From assembly GCA_051748045.1 (NCBI GenBank), contig JBNJGY010000004.1:15309-79308 (forward strand): a stretch of 64,000 nt of DNA, written 5' to 3'. The translations under genes were made by a program, and so were the position numbers. Below are positions 36,679 through 47,270 of the stretch, piece by piece. Position 1 is the first letter of the stretch; each line of letters starts with the position of its first letter. A model generated the notes under the pieces. The model was not told the DNA's origin and ran no database searches. It was given only the letters and a program-made list of their open reading frames with translations. This stretch comes from Thermotogota bacterium. GTDB lineage: Bacteria > Thermotogota > Thermotogae > Petrotogales > Petrotogaceae.

Positions 36679-38367
36679 TCACTCCATTTTTGTCTTCACT
36701 TGAAAAAATTCGTATTCATTAATAGATACTCCAGACTTTGGATATTGTTCTTTTACAATATCTCCATCTCCTGTGATTATTATATCATCTTTTTCTACAC
36801 CAACACTTATTAAATAATTAATAGCATCATGTATATTCATATCTTCAATATTTGGCATAATATTTTTGAAAAGAACCTTTTTGTCAGATAAACTAGATGA
36901 ATCATTTTCATACCTATAAAAAGCTTCTCTAACTACAGGGGCAGCTACTTCTCCTCCATAATATTCTCCTTGGGGATTATCAACTATAACTAAAAAGGTA
37001 TATCTGGGGTTAGTAGCTGGATAATATCCTTCAAACAAAGAATAGTAAGATTCTTCATTATAACCTTTACCAATTACAGCTTTTTGAGCAGTTCCTGTTT
37101 TCCCACCAATAAGCATTCCTTGAGTAAAAGCCAATTTAGCAGTTCCAGAAATGGTTACATAATTCATCCACTCTCTCAACCTTTTAGAATTTTCTATAGA
37201 AAATATTTGCCTAGATTCACTATGCTTTTCTTCTAAAAATGTTGGTTCTTTGTATACTCCGTCATTTATAAGCGCGTTAAATGTACTTATAAGTTGAATA
37301 GGTGTAACTCCTATACCTTGCCCCATTGCAATTTGATAAGGTGTAATTGAATACCAATTATTAGGATACCTAAGTATTCCATCAATTTCTCCTTTAAACT
37401 CAAGATCTGTTTTTACTCCAAACCCCATATTAACCAACTGTGAGTATAACCATTCGTTAGAGTAATCTTCTTTTATTTTTTTCATGACTTTTGCAATAGA
37501 TATATTTGAAGATAATATCAAAGCGTCTTTTATATCTAGCTCTCCCAAGCCATAACCTTCAGATTCTTTTACAATAAAATTCAAATCTTCTTCAGGTTTA
37601 TAATTAAAAGTAGACTCAAATTTTTTATCAGGAGATATTATTTTTTCATCTAAAGCCAAAGCATAAATCATAGGCTTTAGAGTAGAACCAGGTTCAATAT
37701 ATCCCATATAACCTAAATTCCAAGGATAAATAGAAGCACTAGCTCTAATTTTTCCAGTTTTTGTTTCCATCACTATTGCTACTCCACCGTTTGCATTTCT
37801 GTTTTTAACAGTTTGATTTAGCTCTTGATACAAATAACTTTGTAATTTGTTATCTAAACTTAGCTTAATACTTTCATTTTTAAATAATTCTCCATTATCA
37901 AATAAATATTTTTCTATTCCATACTGAGTGCTTTGGTAATTACCTATTAGCGAGTCATATGAAAACAAGTTATTATAAACTCTTTCTTTATTAACATGGA
38001 TACTTGCATATTTTCTCATATGACCTAAACTTTCTTTTGCTTCTTCTTCTGTATCAAAAATACCCCAGAACAGAAAATTTTTACCTTCAATTTCTTCATC
38101 AGAATATTTTGCATTCAACATATGTTTCAAATCCATGTATTCATCTCTTCTTTTCATAAATTCAAGATCAATCCATACTTCATATTTATTCTTGTTATAA
38201 ACAAGAAAATGACCCTTGTTATCAACAAGGGTCGCTATTTTTTCTTCATTATCAAAATTATTTTTTACATCAACTATACTTGGTGTATTGAGAAAAACAC
38301 CAAATAATATCAACAACAAATAACCTAACAAAAAAATTATCTGAGTTAATGAATATTTAAATTTCAT
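36679..38367 (-). CDS. Class B penicillin-binding protein (FtsI-like) with C-terminal PASTA-like region
   Basis: EPGSTLK (SxxK), SSN (SxN), GGKTGTAQK; follows rsmH and an ftsL-like gene. Confidence 0.88.
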   Translation of the reverse strand: MKFKYSLTQIIFLLGYLLLILFGVFLNTPSIVDVKNNFDNEEKIATLVDNKGHFLVYNKNKYEVWIDLEFMKRRDEYMDLKHMLNAKYSDEEIEGKNFLFWGIFDTEEEAKESLGHMRKYASIHVNKERVYNNLFSYDSLIGNYQSTQYGIEKYLFDNGELFKNESIKLSLDNKLQSYLYQELNQTVKNRNANGGVAIVMETKTGKIRASASIYPWNLGYMGYIEPGSTLKPMIYALALDEKIISPDKKFESTFNYKPEEDLNFIVKESEGYGLGELDIKDALILSSNISIAKVMKKIKEDYSNEWLYSQLVNMGFGVKTDLEFKGEIDGILRYPNNWYSITPYQIAMGQGIGVTPIQLISTFNALINDGVYKEPTFLEEKHSESRQIFSIENSKRLREWMNYVTISGTAKLAFTQGMLIGGKTGTAQKAVIGKGYNEESYYSLFEGYYPATNPRYTFLVIVDNPQGEYYGGEVAAPVVREAFYRYENDSSSLSDKKVLFKNIMPNIEDMNIHDAINYLISVGVEKDDIIITGDGDIVKEQYPKSGVSINEYEFFQVKTKME

Positions 38368-38371
38368 ATTA

Positions 38372-38650
38372 TCACCAATTTTTTTCAATCTCCAAATCAT
38401 TTAATATCTCAGCATATTTTTCAATTCTGTTATCCAGATTTTGGATTTTTTGTTCCATACTGTTTAAATTGATTCTTGCATTGTCTATATTTTCTTTGTA
38501 ACTTTCTATTTCTTGACCAAAATTTATGACAAATGTAATCCAAACAGTAGCTGAGAAAATAATCAAAACAACAATACTTACTAAAGTTATATCCATAAAC
38601 TTTGAATCGGTTCTTTCAATATTTTGTTGTTTTTCATAAGGTTTTGGCAT
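38372..38650 (-). CDS. FtsL-like bitopic coiled-coil protein
   Basis: Short cytoplasmic N-terminus, one TM, coiled coil; lies between rsmH and the PBP. Confidence 0.65.
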   Translation of the reverse strand: MPKPYEKQQNIERTDSKFMDITLVSIVVLIIFSATVWITFVINFGQEIESYKENIDNARINLNSMEQKIQNLDNRIEKYAEILNDLEIEKNW

Positions 38651-38684
38651 CCTACCGCCCCCCAGTTTAGCAAAAAAATATCAT

Positions 38685-39575
38685 TTAACCTATGTATTCA
38701 GCTATCCTCAATTTAACACTTCTTGATCTTGGATTTTCTTCAATTTCTTCTTCCGAAGGATACAATGGTTTTTTAGTAACTAATTTATAGTTTTCGTGAT
38801 TTTTGTAATAATGTTTTACTATTTTGTCTTCTAAAGAATGGAAAGTTAAAATAGCAACTCTTCCCCCTGGATTTAAAAATTCAGTAAACTTGTTTAAAGC
38901 AGTTCTAATATTATCAAACTCTTTGTTAACCTCTATTCTTAACGCTTGAAATGTTTTTGTGGCTAAATGTCTTTTTCTTCTTCTTATTTCATTGTAAGGT
39001 AAAGCTTTTTTAATTGCTTCAATTAGCTCAAACGTAGTGTTTATAGGTCTTTTATCTACAATGCTTTTTGCAATTCTTCTAGAAAATTTGAACTCTTGTC
39101 CATATTCAAAAATTATTCTAGCTAATTCTTTTTCATCGTATTCATTTACTACTTTTGCTGCATTCAGATCTGATTCTGTGTCCATTCTCATATCAAGAGG
39201 TTCATCATTCATGAAAGTAAAACCTCTTCCTTCACCTTTCAGTTGAAAAGTGGAAACACCTAAATCCATTAGAAAGCCATCAACTTTATTAATTCCAAGT
39301 CCTTTTAAAACAAGATCAATATCTTGATAAGGAGCTTTAAAAAATTCTATTTTATCAGCTATATCATCTAATCTTTTTTCAGCAATTTCTAAAACTTCAT
39401 AATCAATATCAACTGCTATAACTTTGGATTTTCCATCTGTATAGTTATAGATAGCTTTAGAATGCCCACCTTCTCCTGCTGTGCAGTCTACGTAAACACC
39501 ATTTTTTTTTGTTATTAAGTTTTCATTTATTTCATTGACCATAATACTCCTGTGATAATCTTTATACTGTCTCAA
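38685..39575 (-). CDS. rsmH: 16S rRNA m4C1402 methyltransferase RsmH
   Basis: DCTAGEGGHS, DLGVS, PLDMRMD, FQALRIEVN, FHSLEDKIVK, NPRSRS. Confidence 0.96.
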   Translation of the reverse strand: MRQYKDYHRSIMVNEINENLITKKNGVYVDCTAGEGGHSKAIYNYTDGKSKVIAVDIDYEVLEIAEKRLDDIADKIEFFKAPYQDIDLVLKGLGINKVDGFLMDLGVSTFQLKGEGRGFTFMNDEPLDMRMDTESDLNAAKVVNEYDEKELARIIFEYGQEFKFSRRIAKSIVDKRPINTTFELIEAIKKALPYNEIRRRKRHLATKTFQALRIEVNKEFDNIRTALNKFTEFLNPGGRVAILTFHSLEDKIVKHYYKNHENYKLVTKKPLYPSEEEIEENPRSRSVKLRIAEYIG

Positions 39576-39577
39576 TA

Positions 39578-39606
39578 ATTATACACCACCTTAACAATCT
39601 TGTCAA
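39578..39606 (-). promoter_or_regulatory. Consensus sigma70 promoter overlapping the rsmH ribosome-binding site
   Basis: Minus-strand TTGACA (39606-39601)-N17-TATAAT (39583-39578), 2 nt before the TTG start. Confidence 0.6.
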
Positions 39607-39697
39607 ATTGAACGAATTTTATATTTTTTACACTATAAATCTTTCTATATAACACATAAGAAATGAGCAAAATTAAATTTTATATAATTGACAAGAA

Positions 39698-40801
39698 TTA
39701 TTTATCCAAATCAGCAAAATATAGTAATTCAGCTTCAATAAAATCATCAATTTCTCCATCCAATACCCCTTGAGAATCAGATGTTTCATGTTCTGTACGA
39801 TGATCTTTTATCATTTGGTATGGATATAATACATAAGATCTTATCTGATTACCCCAAGAAATATCTTTTACCTCGCCTTGAATTGACATCTTTTCTTCCA
39901 TTTTCTTTCTCATTTCCATATCATATAATCTAGCTTTTAATATCTTCATAGCTGTTGCTTTGTTTTGATGTTGAGATCTTTCGTTTTGAGCGGTTACAAC
40001 TATTCCTGTAGGTAAATGGGTTAGCCGCACAGCAGAATCAGTCTTATTAACATGTTGTCCTCCTGCTCCACCTGCTCTATAAGTATCAATTTTTAATTCA
40101 TCGTCTTTTATTTCAATTTCAATATCTTCGTCAATTTCTGGAGTAACATTTACAGAAGTGAATGATGTATGTCTTCTTCCATTAGAATCAAATGGTGAAA
40201 TCCTAACTAATCTGTGAACTCCAGTTTCATATTTTAATTTTCCATAAGCAAAAGGACCAGATATTTTTATAGTTGCACTTTTTATTCCTGCTTCATCTCC
40301 ATCTTGATAATCAATTGTTTGATATTTCATTTTATTGTTTTCACACCATCTGGTATACATCCTCAAAAGTATTGAACCCCAGTCTTGAGATTCAGTTCCA
40401 CCTGCACCTGGATGTATTGTTAAAAAAGCATTAGAATCATCATATTTTCCACTTAATAACATTTTCAATTCAAAACTTTTTGTCATCTTTTCTGCCTTGT
40501 TCAACAAAGTTTGAATTTGTTCTTCCATTGAAGGATCTTCATCTGAAAATTCAATGGCGACATCTATATCTTCAAAAACACTTTCTAGTTTTTTAAATTC
40601 TGCTATTTCATCTTTTAAATGTTGGCTTTCTTTTGACACACTTTGTGCTTTTTCTTGATCATTCCAAAAATCTGGTTTGACCATTTCTTTTTGTAATTCA
40701 GCGACTCTGTTTTTTGATTTTTCTATATCAAAAAGATTTTGTAAGTCTTCGAATTTCTTTCTTAATTCTTCTAATTTTTGCTTGTCTTCATAAGAAATCA
40801 T
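39698..40801 (-). CDS. prfB: Peptide chain release factor 2 (continuous ORF)
   Basis: GAGGTESQDW, RISPFD (SPF), GAGGQHVN; follows secA. Confidence 0.96.
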   Translation of the reverse strand: MISYEDKQKLEELRKKFEDLQNLFDIEKSKNRVAELQKEMVKPDFWNDQEKAQSVSKESQHLKDEIAEFKKLESVFEDIDVAIEFSDEDPSMEEQIQTLLNKAEKMTKSFELKMLLSGKYDDSNAFLTIHPGAGGTESQDWGSILLRMYTRWCENNKMKYQTIDYQDGDEAGIKSATIKISGPFAYGKLKYETGVHRLVRISPFDSNGRRHTSFTSVNVTPEIDEDIEIEIKDDELKIDTYRAGGAGGQHVNKTDSAVRLTHLPTGIVVTAQNERSQHQNKATAMKILKARLYDMEMRKKMEEKMSIQGEVKDISWGNQIRSYVLYPYQMIKDHRTEHETSDSQGVLDGEIDDFIEAELLYFADLDK

Positions 40802-40815
40802 ACATTTCCTCCTAA

Positions 40816-43290
40816 TTATTTCTTCACTTTGAATCTTTTATTTCTTTGGAATCCTTTTTTAGCAGCAAAACTTTTTTTTGCTTTCTGCTTATCTTTTTGA
40901 GAATCCACTACAGAAGCATCTCCATGAACAAAATTCAAATTAACAGTTTGTTTTTTTGCTTCAGTTTCTTCTTTATTAGGATCTACCCTTGTAATCCTCA
41001 TTAAATAATCTACAATTGTATCATAGATATCATCTACTAGCTGAGAAAACATATAATAAGATTCTTTTTTAAATTCCATATTTGGATTTTTTTGTCCATA
41101 AGCTCTTAATCCTACAGATTCTTTTAAATGCTCTATAGCATCAAGATGTGATCTCCACTTATCATCTATGATTCTTAGCATAATATATTTTGACATCTTA
41201 TTAAAGTGATCTCCAAATTCTTCTTTTTTATTTTCAAATTTATTCCATAATAATGTCATAATTTCATCTTTTAATTCTGAAACGCTTTCAGATTTTATAT
41301 CAGCTATTATTAATAAACTCTCAAGTTTTCCTTTTACATATTCTTTATCAATAACCCCAGCTTTATCATCCCAAGCTGATTCAGCAATTCTATCTACAAC
41401 ATCTTCAAATATTTCTTGTAAATGTTCTGTATAGTCTTCTTGAGTTAGTATCCAGTTTCTGTGAGTATAAATGGAATTTCTTTGATTATCCATTACAGAA
41501 TCCATTTCATATAATCTCTTTCTCATAGAGAAATGAATACCTTCAACTTTTTTCTGAGCATCTCTTATGACATTAGATAACAATTTATGTTCTATTGGTT
41601 GTCCTTCTTCAATTTTAAGAGATCCCATAATGTTTTTCATCTTTTCTCCACCAAACAACCTTAAAACATCATCTTCAAAAGATAAGAAAAACCTTGATTC
41701 TCCTGGATCACCTTGACGCCCAGACCTACCTATCAACTGGTTGTCAACTCTTCGACTTTCATGTCTTTCAGTACCAATTACATATAACCCACCTAATTCT
41801 TTGACTTCATCATTAATTTTTATATCAGTACCTCTACCAGCCATATTAGTAGCTATAGTTACCGCATTTTTTTGACCAGCATTAGCAATTATTTCTGCTT
41901 CTCTTTCATGTTGTTTTGCATTTAAAACTTCATGAGTTACACCTTTTCTTCTTAACATATTTGATAAAAGCTCACTTTTATCTATAGAAGTAGTACCAAC
42001 AAGCATTGGTTGGCCTGTTTTATGTCTCTCTTCTATTTCGTCAACAATAGCATTATATTTTCCTTTCAATGTTTGATAAATACTATCATTATTATCTATT
42101 CTTACTACGGGTTTATTCGTTGGAATAACTACAACTTCACTATTGTAAATTTGTTTAAATTCTTCTTCTTCTGTTTTTGCAGTACCAGTCATACCAGACA
42201 ATTTATCATACATTCTAAAGTAATTTTGGAAAGTAATTGTAGCATATGTTAAACTTTCTTGTTTAATTTGAACTCCTTCTTTTGCTTCAATTGCTTGATG
42301 AAGACCTTCAGAGTACCTCCTACCTTGTAAAAGCCTTCCCGTAAATTCATCAACAATTACTACTTCGCCTTCTCGAATTATATAATCTTTATCTTTTTTG
42401 AAAAAAATCCTAGCTTTCAAAGCATTTAAAAGATGAAATAAATATTTGATATTATCTGGATTATATAAATTTTCTAACTGGAGTAAATCTTCTGCCCTTT
42501 CAATTCCCTCTTCTGTAAGAGATATTGTTTTTTGTTTTTCATCTATTGTATAATCTTTCTCTTCTTCAAATTTTTTGGATAAATGAGAAAATCTTCTGTA
42601 CAATTCACTTGGAGTATCAGATGGACCGGAAATGATTAGTGGTGTCCTTGCCTCATCGATTAAAATAGAGTCAGCTTCATCCACTATAGTAAAATAATGA
42701 TCCCTTTGTGATTTGTCTTCCATATCATGAACCAAGTTGTCTCTAAGATAATCAAACCCAAATTCATTAGCTGTCCCATAAGTAATGTCAGCCTCATAAG
42801 CAGCTTTTCTATCTTCTTTACTCATCCCAGCTTGAATAAAACCAACCTTTAATCCCAAAAATTCGTATATTGGCCCCATCCATTCAGCATCCCTTTGAGC
42901 TAAGTAATCATTATGAGTGGCTAATTGACAATTTTTACCTGTTAAGGCATTTAAATATAAAGGTAAAGTTGCTACTAAAGTCTTACCTTCACCAGTTTTC
43001 ATTTCAGCTATTAAACCTTCATGCATGGAAATCCCACCCATAAGCTGAACATCAAAGTGCCTCATTTCAACTACTCTTTTTGCAACCTCTCTAACTACAG
43101 CAAAAGCTTCATATAATATATCATCCAATGTTTCTCCATTTTCTAGTCTTTTTTTAAATTCTGGTGTCTTTTCTTTTAATTGTTCATCTGATAATTTTTC
43201 AATTTCTGGCTCAAAAACATTTATACTTTCCACCATTTTTCTATATTTTTTTAATAATTTTTTATTTTTATCAAATAATCCAAATAACAT
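40816..43290 (-). CDS. secA: Protein translocase subunit SecA
   Basis: EMKTGEGKT, VDEADSILIDEARTPLIISG, ATNMAGRGTDI, GRSGRQGDPG. Confidence 0.97.
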   Translation of the reverse strand: MLFGLFDKNKKLLKKYRKMVESINVFEPEIEKLSDEQLKEKTPEFKKRLENGETLDDILYEAFAVVREVAKRVVEMRHFDVQLMGGISMHEGLIAEMKTGEGKTLVATLPLYLNALTGKNCQLATHNDYLAQRDAEWMGPIYEFLGLKVGFIQAGMSKEDRKAAYEADITYGTANEFGFDYLRDNLVHDMEDKSQRDHYFTIVDEADSILIDEARTPLIISGPSDTPSELYRRFSHLSKKFEEEKDYTIDEKQKTISLTEEGIERAEDLLQLENLYNPDNIKYLFHLLNALKARIFFKKDKDYIIREGEVVIVDEFTGRLLQGRRYSEGLHQAIEAKEGVQIKQESLTYATITFQNYFRMYDKLSGMTGTAKTEEEEFKQIYNSEVVVIPTNKPVVRIDNNDSIYQTLKGKYNAIVDEIEERHKTGQPMLVGTTSIDKSELLSNMLRRKGVTHEVLNAKQHEREAEIIANAGQKNAVTIATNMAGRGTDIKINDEVKELGGLYVIGTERHESRRVDNQLIGRSGRQGDPGESRFFLSFEDDVLRLFGGEKMKNIMGSLKIEEGQPIEHKLLSNVIRDAQKKVEGIHFSMRKRLYEMDSVMDNQRNSIYTHRNWILTQEDYTEHLQEIFEDVVDRIAESAWDDKAGVIDKEYVKGKLESLLIIADIKSESVSELKDEIMTLLWNKFENKKEEFGDHFNKMSKYIMLRIIDDKWRSHLDAIEHLKESVGLRAYGQKNPNMEFKKESYYMFSQLVDDIYDTIVDYLMRITRVDPNKEETEAKKQTVNLNFVHGDASVVDSQKDKQKAKKSFAAKKGFQRNKRFKVKK

Positions 43291-43311
43291 TTATTTTCTC
43301 TCCTTAATTAA

Positions 43312-44556
43312 TCATTTAATATGAACATTAACAAAATCTTTATTATTTTCAGAAAAAAATTCCACAGTAATAAAAGAACCTGATGTTGAATAAAATTTAT
43401 TACTAAAATATCTTTCTAAATCAATTACCATAATTTTTGAAATGTTTTCTTTTTTCTCAAGACTTTGATATGTTCTAAGATATTTAAACCTTTTTACTTC
43501 TCCCAAATATACTCGCATGTTCTCAGGAATCAAAGTAGAAAAAATTGTTTCATTATTATCGTAATATACATAGACTGAGTTCCCAACTTTTTCATGGCTT
43601 AAACGAAAATATGAAAATGATCCCAATCTACCTTGTACCAAATTTTTTCTATCCAAAAAATCTTCAATTTTATCTAAATTTAATTGAGAAAATACTAAAA
43701 AAGAATACTCTTTATCATCCAGGATATTTCTTGAATCAACCATAATAAATTCTTCATCATTAATTCCGTTCAAGACATAATCAAAATTTTCCTCAGAAAA
43801 TTTATCATGTGGAATTAAAAACTCTTGAATATAATCTATAAATTTATTTTTTGTAATTTTATTTATTTTTAATACATCACCAAATATTTTCTCTTCTTCT
43901 AAATCCCTAATGTTAAAGTTTTTATCAAGATAACTATTAGATTCAGACTCAAAATAACCATTTAGAGTCCTATTTTCAACAGTAAAATAATAATTCCAAC
44001 TTTTATTTTCTTGAAAAAAGTTCTTTATTTTTCCATAAATTAAAGATGTCGATGGTTCTGAAATATCTATTTCTTGATCTTGGATAAAGCTAGTCCCATT
44101 TTCATTATTAAAAACTTGAACCTCATTATTTTCAGTTATATATTTCCCATTTTCATAATCATAATCAAAAACATTTTCTAAAACATCATTTATTGTAGTT
44201 GCATCTTTTGACGAAGTAGTAAAATATTCAGATTCATCAATGATTTTTTTTAGAATCTGGAGATAATTCGGATTAAGAAAATCATTAAAAGTATATTCTT
44301 TATTAGAATATATTTCTAGAGAATTATTAAATAAATTATTCAAATCTGTCGCATCAGAAGTTATTTGATTATCTAAAAACTTAAGAAAATAGCTATAACC
44401 AATTCCCTCTTTTGAATTTATAAATCTCAAAAGAGGTACCTCATTTAAAACTCTATCGTATATATTTTTTATATTTTTTATTTTGATTTCTGTAGTTGAA
44501 GAATAGCCAAGAACAACTGAAATTATAATCAAAATCAATGATAATCTAAACTTCAT
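43312..44556 (-). CDS. Exported hypothetical protein
   Basis: 414 aa, signal peptide, GAGGTG SD, in the operon upstream of secA. Confidence 0.75.
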   Translation of the reverse strand: MKFRLSLILIIISVVLGYSSTTEIKIKNIKNIYDRVLNEVPLLRFINSKEGIGYSYFLKFLDNQITSDATDLNNLFNNSLEIYSNKEYTFNDFLNPNYLQILKKIIDESEYFTTSSKDATTINDVLENVFDYDYENGKYITENNEVQVFNNENGTSFIQDQEIDISEPSTSLIYGKIKNFFQENKSWNYYFTVENRTLNGYFESESNSYLDKNFNIRDLEEEKIFGDVLKINKITKNKFIDYIQEFLIPHDKFSEENFDYVLNGINDEEFIMVDSRNILDDKEYSFLVFSQLNLDKIEDFLDRKNLVQGRLGSFSYFRLSHEKVGNSVYVYYDNNETIFSTLIPENMRVYLGEVKRFKYLRTYQSLEKKENISKIMVIDLERYFSNKFYSTSGSFITVEFFSENNKDFVNVHIK

Positions 44557-44568
44557 AATACACCTCTA

Positions 44569-45288
44569 TTAATATTTCACAATATGTGCAAGAAATTCTT
44601 TATTCCCTTTTGTTCCTTTTATTGGAGATTCAATAACTTTTAATACTTTAAATCCATATGATTCAAATTCTTCTAAAACATTTTTTAAAGAGTTATGAAG
44701 AATTTTATTGTTTGTTACTATTCCATTATTTATATTACTACTACCAACTTCAAATTGTGGTTTTATTAATGCTATTAAATCGCCTTTTTCTTTTAAATTG
44801 TTAAAAAAAGTATTTATCAATTTCGTTATAGATATAAACGATACATCGCAACATATAAAATCTACCTTTTCTTCATTTCTGAAGTCTCTTGCGTTGGTAT
44901 TTTCTTTAAGTATAATTTTGTCTTCTTTTCTTAATTTTGAATGTAATTGCTCTGATCCCACATCTATAGCATAAATCTTTTTAACATTATTTTCTAAAAG
45001 AACTTGACTAAATCCTCCTGTTGAGCTACCAATATCCATACATATTTTTTCATTCAAATCGATGTCAAAATCATCTATGGCTTTTAAAAGTTTAAAAGCA
45101 CCTCTTCCTACGTATTTATAATTTTCAAGCACATCTATTTTAGAATCATTTTTAACTATAAAAGAAGGTTTATTGATTTTTTTACCATCTACTAATACCT
45201 TTCCATCTTTTATAAGTCTTCTAGATTTTTCTCTAGATTCTACCAATTGGTTTATTGATAGATACTTATCAAGTCTTATTTTTAACAC
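44569..45288 (-). CDS. tlyA: TlyA-family rRNA 2'-O-methyltransferase
   Basis: S4 domain RLDKYL, DIGSSTGGF, DVSFIS, LIKPQFE, SPIKG..GN.EFL. Confidence 0.93.
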   Translation of the reverse strand: MLKIRLDKYLSINQLVESREKSRRLIKDGKVLVDGKKINKPSFIVKNDSKIDVLENYKYVGRGAFKLLKAIDDFDIDLNEKICMDIGSSTGGFSQVLLENNVKKIYAIDVGSEQLHSKLRKEDKIILKENTNARDFRNEEKVDFICCDVSFISITKLINTFFNNLKEKGDLIALIKPQFEVGSSNINNGIVTNNKILHNSLKNVLEEFESYGFKVLKVIESPIKGTKGNKEFLAHIVKY

Positions 45289-45329
45289 TCCTAATTATAT
45301 AATAATAAGTTTAAAGTTCTCTGAATAAC

Positions 45330-46484
45330 TCATTTTATGTATATATTTACAATATTATCTTTTATCTCCAAAAAATAATTATTATTTTCATAATCTTCTT
45401 CAGGCACATAACTAGGCATATTATAAAATAGTGAATAAACATTACCACTTTTAAATATACCGCCTTCAAAATTAATAGTATATTGCTCCATTTTAAACGT
45501 ATTTAATTGTATTGAAGTATCATCAATGTTTACATTCATAGGCGATCTTCCAAAGTCTTTGTATAATTCTTTTGACCCCATGGAAACTAACTCGCCAGCA
45601 GAGCTTATTAAATACACTGTTTTATTATATTCAATTACATATGCAACTGAACCTTTAAAAGAATATCTGTCATTTATCTTTTCTATATCTCCATAATTTG
45701 AAAAAAATCTAGATTTTGTAACAACTGGATCTCCTTCGTTAGGAAACCATATTGAAAAAGGCTCACCGTATAAAAAGACTCCACTTTTAATCTCATATGC
45801 CTTATACAACTTTGTTTCCACTTTATTAAAAATATTCTGCTTCTGTAAGTTTATATTAAAAGAACTACTTGCATAAGAAGTTAAGTCATATCTATAAGTT
45901 TCAACACCATCATAAATTTCAAATTTTGTTGGGGGAATTGACATTTCAGAAGGTAATTTTATTTTTTCATCATTTAGAAAAACAAATTCTTGTTCTCCTT
46001 TTATATTGACATCAATGAAATTGCTTGGAATATGAACTATTCTTTTGCCAAAAGGAGGGTTAAATGTATAACTATAAACAATACCATCTTTTTCCAATTT
46101 AATGTTAATTTCGCTATTCCAAGAAAAAAAAGCTGAAGTTCTCGTTGAATCCTCAGTAATAACATTTGAATTATCTGAAATGACAAATATGCTTCTTGAA
46201 TTAGTATTTAATAATTTTTTCAATGCACTATCTAGATCAACAATAGAAGTTTGAATAGTATTGTTTTTATATTTCAGTTCATAATTTCCCCTTTTATAAT
46301 TAACTTCCAAAGTTTCATTTTCACCTGAAGGAGGAATTGTTATATCAGCATATTTATATACAACACTGAAAATATCCAAATAATTTTCAATTGGACCATT
46401 GTATACAAATCCAATTTTCTCCACAGATAATGAAATTATAGATAAAAAAATAAATAAAATCATAACTAAGATTTTTTTCTTCAT
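45330..46484 (-). CDS. Exported hypothetical protein
   Basis: 384 aa with signal peptide; co-oriented in the operon. Confidence 0.75.
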   Translation of the reverse strand: MKKKILVMILFIFLSIISLSVEKIGFVYNGPIENYLDIFSVVYKYADITIPPSGENETLEVNYKRGNYELKYKNNTIQTSIVDLDSALKKLLNTNSRSIFVISDNSNVITEDSTRTSAFFSWNSEINIKLEKDGIVYSYTFNPPFGKRIVHIPSNFIDVNIKGEQEFVFLNDEKIKLPSEMSIPPTKFEIYDGVETYRYDLTSYASSSFNINLQKQNIFNKVETKLYKAYEIKSGVFLYGEPFSIWFPNEGDPVVTKSRFFSNYGDIEKINDRYSFKGSVAYVIEYNKTVYLISSAGELVSMGSKELYKDFGRSPMNVNIDDTSIQLNTFKMEQYTINFEGGIFKSGNVYSLFYNMPSYVPEEDYENNNYFLEIKDNIVNIYIK

Positions 46485-46503
46485 CTTTTGAACCTTCTTT
46501 TAA

Positions 46504-47241
46504 TCAATATAATATTTTATAAAAATATAAACCATCAGGTGGTGCTGAAGCTGGTGCTTTTGACCTATCTTTTGCATCTATTATTTCTTTTACTCTATTT
46601 GGTTCCCAAGTACCTGTTCCCACTTTTGTTAGTGTTCCTACTATATTTCTAACCATTCTCCTTAAGAAAGAAACACCTTCAACTCTAACTAAAATCATAT
46701 TTTTGTTTAATTTTATTATTCTAACTCTATCTATTTGTCTCATAGGATTTCTATCATCATTCCCAGATTTAAAAGAGCTAAAATCATGCTCTCCCTCAAA
46801 ATGTCTTGCAGCATTTCTCATTTTTTTAATATCTAGTTCATAAGGAAACCACCATACCCTATTTCTTAAAAAAATATCAGGATCCTTTTTTGTATATATA
46901 TAATAATGATAAATTCTTTTTTTTGCCATAAACCTTGGGTTAAAATTTTTTGCAACTTCCTCAACTTTCCTTATATAAATATCAGAAGGTAGAACAGAAT
47001 TAAGTGCATCTTTTATATTTTGAATACTCATATTATCATTAGGAACTTTAAAAGCTATTGTTTGTCCATAACCATGAACTCCAGTATCTGTCCTCCCAGC
47101 TCCATGAGAAAAAACTGATTGTTTAAATATTTTTTCGAGTGCTTTTTCAAACTCCCCTTGTACTGTTCTAACATTTCTCTGCCCTTGATATCCAAAAAAA
47201 TCTGTTCCATCATAAGCAACTGTAGCTGCAACCATTCTCAT
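46504..47241 (-). CDS. truA: tRNA pseudouridine(38-40) synthase
   Basis: [38 protein letters not shown]. Start 47241 from the GGAGG SD. Confidence 0.95.
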   Translation of the reverse strand: MRMVAATVAYDGTDFFGYQGQRNVRTVQGEFEKALEKIFKQSVFSHGAGRTDTGVHGYGQTIAFKVPNDNMSIQNIKDALNSVLPSDIYIRKVEEVAKNFNPRFMAKKRIYHYYIYTKKDPDIFLRNRVWWFPYELDIKKMRNAARHFEGEHDFSSFKSGNDDRNPMRQIDRVRIIKLNKNMILVRVEGVSFLRRMVRNIVGTLTKVGTGTWEPNRVKEIIDAKDRSKAPASAPPDGLYFYKILY

Positions 47242-47270
47242 ATTTATTCCTCCATACAAATCTAATAATA

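Noticed and set aside
44569..45288. TlyA as a haemolysin
   Set aside because: S4 plus methyltransferase motifs in a housekeeping operon fit an rRNA methyltransferase.
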